Shown here piece after piece: positions 19,709 through 25,141 of a DNA stretch of 25,141 nt. Below the pieces are notes generated by a model that was given only the letters and a program-made list of their open reading frames with translations, did not search any database and was not told the origin of the DNA. The translations under genes and the position numbers were made by a program. This DNA is from Neocallimastix sp. 'constans' (Eukaryota), in the NCBI GenBank assembly GCA_050613775.1, contig JBODTK010000011.1, positions 1,550,001 through 1,575,141 on the forward strand, in the 5' to 3' direction. Numbering within the stretch: position 1 is the stretch's first letter; each line of letters begins with the position of its first letter.

Positions 19709-20005
19709 AATTAAAATATTATTAATATTGAATAAAAACAAGTTTAAAAAAATTATTATTTATTTGTATCAATACTCGACTTGGCGAAATGCAATTTGGG
19801 GAAATACAACTCTCCCATTACATATTACATAAATGTTTGAAAGATTACAATTCAGTAGAATATCTATATCACCAAATAGAATATATCTACACTGACACAT
19901 AGAATCATGTACCCAAATGCAAATAATTCCTTCTTAAATATATTAAATGACAGTACTTACGCAATCCCTCTCAAGCTCATAGTTAGGACAGTATTTTGGC
20001 TATAT
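19340..20005 (-). mobile_element. Probable old retroelement 3' end (LINE/SINE-like) with (TAAA)n tail, interrupted by a MITE
   Basis: Non-repetitive GC-richer sequence lies on both sides of the MITE. It ends abruptly on the minus strand in ...TACACCGG(AAAT)n at about 19368. Only a weak YCPN fragment is visible and no diagnostic motif. Confidence 0.35.
19617..19816. mobile_element. 200-bp MITE related to the foldback MULE at 16428-17442
   Basis: Left end GGAAGTGGGG-CATTTCGCCAGGTTG-CATTTCGCCAAAT; right end (reverse complement) GGGAGAGTTG-TATTTCCCCAAATTG-CATTTCGCCAAGT. Flanks ATAACATAA / ATTACATAT match at 7 of 9 positions (degenerate 9-bp TSD). Confidence 0.75.
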
Positions 20006-20049
20006 TATTTTATATGATATTTAAAATAATAAAATAATGTTATTATATA

Positions 20050-20195
20050 TATAAGGAGAAATACTTTCCTGTAACTCTAACCACCATATTCCGTAAAAAC
20101 CTCTTGTCAGGAAAACCTGGAAAATAGTCATAGGGCGGGATCGAACTTGGAGTCATTTATATGCTAGCCTATGGAATAACTATTGCTGTATGTAT
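20050..20195 (-). mobile_element. Degenerate tRNA-derived SINE head fragment
   Basis: Minus-strand AAGTTCGATCCCGCCCTATGAC contains a B-box (GTTCGATCC, 20146-20138) in a GC-richer island. The A-box and cloverleaf are not recognisable. Confidence 0.4.
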
Positions 20196-21114
20196 TTTGT
20201 ATTATGAATATATGTTACAAGAAACTAATTTGTTACCAAGTATAAACATAAATTATTTTTCAAACTATTAATTCTAATATATACTTTAGTTACAACTAAT
20301 ATTCAACTTTAATTAATACAACAATACAATAAATATATTATTCTACCACTACATGGATAATATTTAATATCTCATAATAAATATTACCTTTGTATAATAT
20401 TTGGGTATTTATATATTTTTTTTTTATTGAAATATATATTTATATGTAATATATTTTATTTTTGTTTTATTAATTTTATGTAATAAAGCATGTAATACAG
20501 TAATTGATATTGATATTAATAAATTTAGAAAATTTAAGATTTTAAGTATAAATTTTTGTAAAAATCAACTTTTAATATATAAAATAAAAAAATATTTGTA
20601 TCTTACCTAAATTTTCTATTAATATTATCTCAAAGACTTGTATTTATAATATTTATTTATTATTAATCATTCTAAATTAATGAGTAAAAAAAAGAATAAA
20701 TATTATATATTAAATTTGATAATAATATAAAGTAAATTTGTGAAGAAATTTTTATAACTTATATATATAATTATTTCAATATTATTTTCAGTATAAAATA
20801 CTTATCTATATAATTATCTCAATATTATTTTCAATATAAAATACACATATATATATTAGACTAAAAAGAAAATACACTTCTATTGCTTTATTTATTAATA
20901 AATATACATTTATACAAAATTTAAAAATAAAAATTTTTTTATTTAAAAAACATTTTTTTAACAAAAAAAAAAAAAAAAAAAAAAACATTTTTTTTTTAAT
21001 ATTTTCAATATATGTTACTTTGCTAATTTATAATTATTTTCAATTTAAAAATCTTCATATATATTTTTAAATAGAAAATAGTTTATATAATATATATATT
21101 TAATTAAAAAATTT

Positions 21115-21318
<204 letters not shown>

Positions 21319-21859
21319 ATATAAATAATAATAAAAATAAAATAAAAAGTATAAATAATGAAAAATTTTATTATTAGGGTTGGTTATCACATTAACTCCT
21401 AATTCTACTAATCAAGAAAGTAATAATTAATTACAATAGCACAATATAATTTTAATATTTACCAAAGAACAATTTTTATAAAAAATATATTTCAAAATAT
21501 TCAATTTATTTTGATTTATAATACTTTTTTATTTATTCATTTATTTTTACTTATTTTCTGAAAATGATATGCGCTAATTTTTTTTTTTTTTTTTTTTTCA
21601 TACATATTTATATATAAAATGAAAAATATTTTCTTTACATTTTTTTTAATATCTATACTTTTTATAGTTTATCGATATAAAAAAAAAGATAGAGATATTG
21701 CTTAGAATTTATATAAAATAATTAATATACTTTTAGAACTATTTTCGTTAATCTATACCTAAAATTCTATTAATTACTTAGTCTATGCATAAATTCTAAT
21801 TCTATATTTATTGTATTTAATATTTTTTTTTTTTTTTTTAATTTTTAATAATATTAAAT

Positions 21860-23560
21860 TTATTGACATTGAGAATACCAATCATTGAGTTTAACACATT
21901 TTCCAGAGGAACAACAGGTTGGACCGTTAAAACCGATACCACCACATTGAGCCCATTGAGAAGCACAATTGGATTTATTACTATTGTTATTGTTATTGTT
22001 GCTGTTATTGTTATTATTATTATTATTATTGTTGTTGTAACTGCTGTTGTTGCTGGCATTATTTGAACTACATCTAGATGATTTAATGACACAGGATTTA
22101 TTATTTTCCCATCCCCACTTAGAACCATCACCTCCAGTAGCTGTAACATCACATCCTTGGCAATATGGATAACCATTTGGTGCAATTTCTGAATTACTAC
22201 TATTACTATTATTGTTATTGTTATTGTTATTGTTATTATTGTTATTGTTATTATTATTATTGTTGTTATTATTGTTGTTACTGTTATTATTATTGTTGTT
22301 GTTATTATTGTTGTTATTGCTATTATTATTGTTATTATTGCCATTAGAAGGTTTAGAGCCACCTTGACATTGTGAAGTATTGATTACACAGGATTGTTCA
22401 TTTTCCCAACCCCATAAAGTACCATCACCACTAGTAGCAGTAGCTTCACAACCTTCACAATAAGGAGAACCATTTGGTGCCATATCTGAAAAATCAAAAG
22501 TAGGAACAGTGCTGTGGATAGAGTTACCAACAAGATGAGGTTTTAACCAGGTCATTTGTTCTGGGAATGCATTACCTTTTGGTTCAATGGAATACATATA
22601 ATTACCCCACCATGGACCAGCTGCCCACCAAGTCCAACCAACAACATAGTCAGAATTCTTTTCTAAATAGTTTAAGGCTTCTTCTACACAGGCTTTACAG
22701 TCATTATTGATAGCTGCTCCAAGTTCACCAACGAAACCTTTCAAATTATTTTCTTTTAACCAATCAACAAAATCAGTGAAAAGTTTATTACATGGACGTT
22801 GTACACATTGCTCATGCGTACCAGAATAATCACTATCAAAATATTGATGAACTTCATAAATAATATTTTTATCGGAAGCATTAAAATATTCAAGTGCTAC
22901 TTTTGAATTTGGTGATCCATAATGTGTTTTCGTCCAGCACCATGCTCCTGTGTAGGAATTACCCGGAACTAATACATTATTATTCGCTCCTGCTTTACGA
23001 ATAGCATTGACAGCATCACGTGCAGCAGAGAACCATTGTTCGGTTGGCATGTCATGGGGTTCATTCACTAATCCAAACCAAACTTTATTATTACTCTTAT
23101 ATTTATCAGCCATTCTTTTCCAGAAATCAGCAAAGGCGGAATTTGGAACTTGACTGGAACCAACAACACTATTTCTATATCTAGCGAAGTTATGTGGATT
23201 AAGAATAGCGACTGCTCCATTTTTAGTAATGTAACTAATCACTTCATCCAAACGCTTAAATTCTGTAGTATCAAAGGCTGAATTTAATGTTCTTTGCATA
23301 CGTTCCCATGAAAAACCAACACGGAAAATATTCATACCTTGATCAATAGAGGCTTGAATAGCTTTGACATCTGGATAAATATAATCGGTATTATATACCC
23401 CAGGGTATTTTCCTTCTCCAAATTCTGCACCAGATTCATTGACACCAGTCTATTAAGAATAGATAAGTATATAAGAAATAAAATATAAAAATACATATAT
23501 ATATATATATATATATATTAATACAATTATTTTTACATTATAATATAATAATAAATAATA

Positions 23561-23610
<50 letters not shown>

Positions 23611-23699
23611 GTTTTAATAGTAATATTTACGTATTGAATCTTAGCTAAAGCTGATACAATGGTAGTTGCCAAAAGACCTACAATAGATTGATATTTCAT
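21860..23699 (-). CDS. Secreted GH5 (subfamily 5-like) endoglucanase with two CBM10-like modules and C-terminal CBM1 (552 aa, 2 exons)
   Basis: Exon 1 (23699-23631) encodes MKYQSIVGLLATTIVSALAKIQY (signal peptide). GT..AG intron 23630-23450. Exon 2 (23449-21860) starts TGVNESGAEFG and contains GMNIFRV.F.WER, NPHNFARY, NEPH (acid/base), YEVHQYFDSD, GELG (nucleophile) and WAAGPWW. CBM10-like modules at 22480-22367 and 22183-22070; poly-Asn linkers; CBM1 CASQWAQCGGIGFNGPTCCSSGKCVKLNDWYSQCQ. Confidence 0.95.
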
Positions 23700-23935
23700 T
23701 TTTTTATTTTATTTCAATATAGATATTTTTTAAATTTATATTATATTATATATATAAATTTATTATTTTTCTATTTTTTTTCTTATTTTTTTTTTTTATT
23801 TTTTTTTTTCTATATATATATATATATTTTTTTTTTATTTTTCTTATTTCTTAATTATTTATTAATCTATAATAAATACATTAAAGATAAAGAATTTATT
23901 TTTTAACCCAAAAAGAAATTTTCTTATTTATATAC

Positions 23936-23989
<54 letters not shown>

Positions 23990-24934
23990 GATAAATGAGT
24001 AATAATATAAAATCAAACTCCCCAAATATGTTGAGCCATGTAAATATCTTTTTTTTTTTTTTTTTTTTTTTTTTTTCCTTATTTATTAAAAAATAAAATT
24101 TTATTATATTCTTATATTTTTTTTTTATTAATTAATTTGCTAATATATTTCATATGTTAATTTTTATTATTATTATTATTATTATTTATTATCTGTGTAT
24201 TATTTATTTATTTATTTATTATGAAATATAATTTAGATATTCATTATTATTTATGTATGTAATGTCAATCATTTTCCTTTTTTAAATGAATGAAATCCTA
24301 AAAAAAAAACTTTGATTCATAAGAAAACTCATAAAAGTATTTATTTCTGATCATGTAAATTACTTCATTTATTAAATTAAAAAATACTTTAATGAATAAA
24401 TAAAATAAAATAAATCTATTTATTAATAATAAATTAATAAGGAACAATAAGATTATTAATATTTAAATATTTAAATATTAAAAATAAAAAAAAAAAAAAA
24501 AAACAGTTCAAAAAAAAAAAAATAATAATTAAATAAATAATTAAATAATTAAAATAATAAGCAATAAATAATAAAAATAATAAGCAATAAATAATATAAA
24601 TAATAAGCAATAAATAATTAATTATAATCAATAAATAATTAAAATATTAAGCAATTTACCTCCTACTGAATAAATGAATAATAATAGTTAATAATTCATA
24701 ATTAATATAATAAATGGTAAATCATAAATCATAAATCATTGTATTTCATATTAAATTAATTTATATTTAATTTTTAAAATTTAAATAATAATTAATTCTT
24801 GTATAAATAATTATTTACGGATTAATTATTAAAGTTTAATATATAATAAAATTGTATAATAAAATAAAAGTTAAATAAAAGTAAATATATGAAATCTAAT
24901 TGGTCTACATTGCTTTTTTTTTTAAAAAAAAAAA

Positions 24935-25141
24935 ATTAAATAAAATAAAATAAAATAAAATAAAATAAAATAAAATAAAATAAAATAAATAGTAGAATAT
25001 GAATATAAAGCACAGATTGAATAAAATAAAATAAAATAAAATAAAATAAAATAAAATAAAATAAAATAAAATAAAATAAAATAAAATAAAATAAATAAAA
25101 TAAAATAAAATAAAATAAAATAAAATAAAATAAATAGTAGA
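24935..25141. repeat. (TAAAA)n microsatellite within a higher-order repeat running off the window
   Basis: Two TAAAA arrays, each ending in TAAATAGTAGA (24986 and 25131). Confidence 0.85.

Noticed and set aside
19520..19741. 73-aa ORF (WRNATWRNAP...)
   Set aside because: A chimeric reading across the MITE end and flanking relic; it starts in an (AAAT)n run.
24010..24040. CreA/Mig1-type catabolite repression site upstream of the cellulase
   Set aside because: TTGGGG does not fit the SYGGRG consensus, and a single short match is not supportable.

Overview
Extremely AT-rich eukaryotic genomic DNA, most consistent with an anaerobic gut fungus (Neocallimastigomycota). This is inferred from composition, GT-AG introns, a GH5 cellulase with CBM10/CBM1 modules and poly-Asn linkers, and an ankyrin protein. 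There are three protein genes, all on the minus strand. (1) A >1309-aa ankyrin-repeat protein absent from the ORF track because it runs off the window (3927 to <1); it carries nucleoporin-like FG repeats and an acidic (EDEEKV)n array. (2) A three-exon 873-aa type-I membrane protein with a cytoplasmic (DSRRDTQYTDYTV)n array and a divergent C-terminal SH3 domain (11209-8160). (3) A two-exon 552-aa secreted GH5_5-like endoglucanase with two atypical CBM10 modules and a CBM1 (23699-21860). The intergenic DNA holds a decayed LINE (about 5560-7290), an apparently intact tRNA-headed, T-tailed SINE with a perfect 15-bp TSD (13591-14049), a foldback Mutator-like element with a perfect 9-bp TSD (16428-17442), a related 200-bp MITE nested in an older retroelement-like relic (19617-19816), and many microsatellites. 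Most ORFs in the supplied track are off-frame or microsatellite artefacts.
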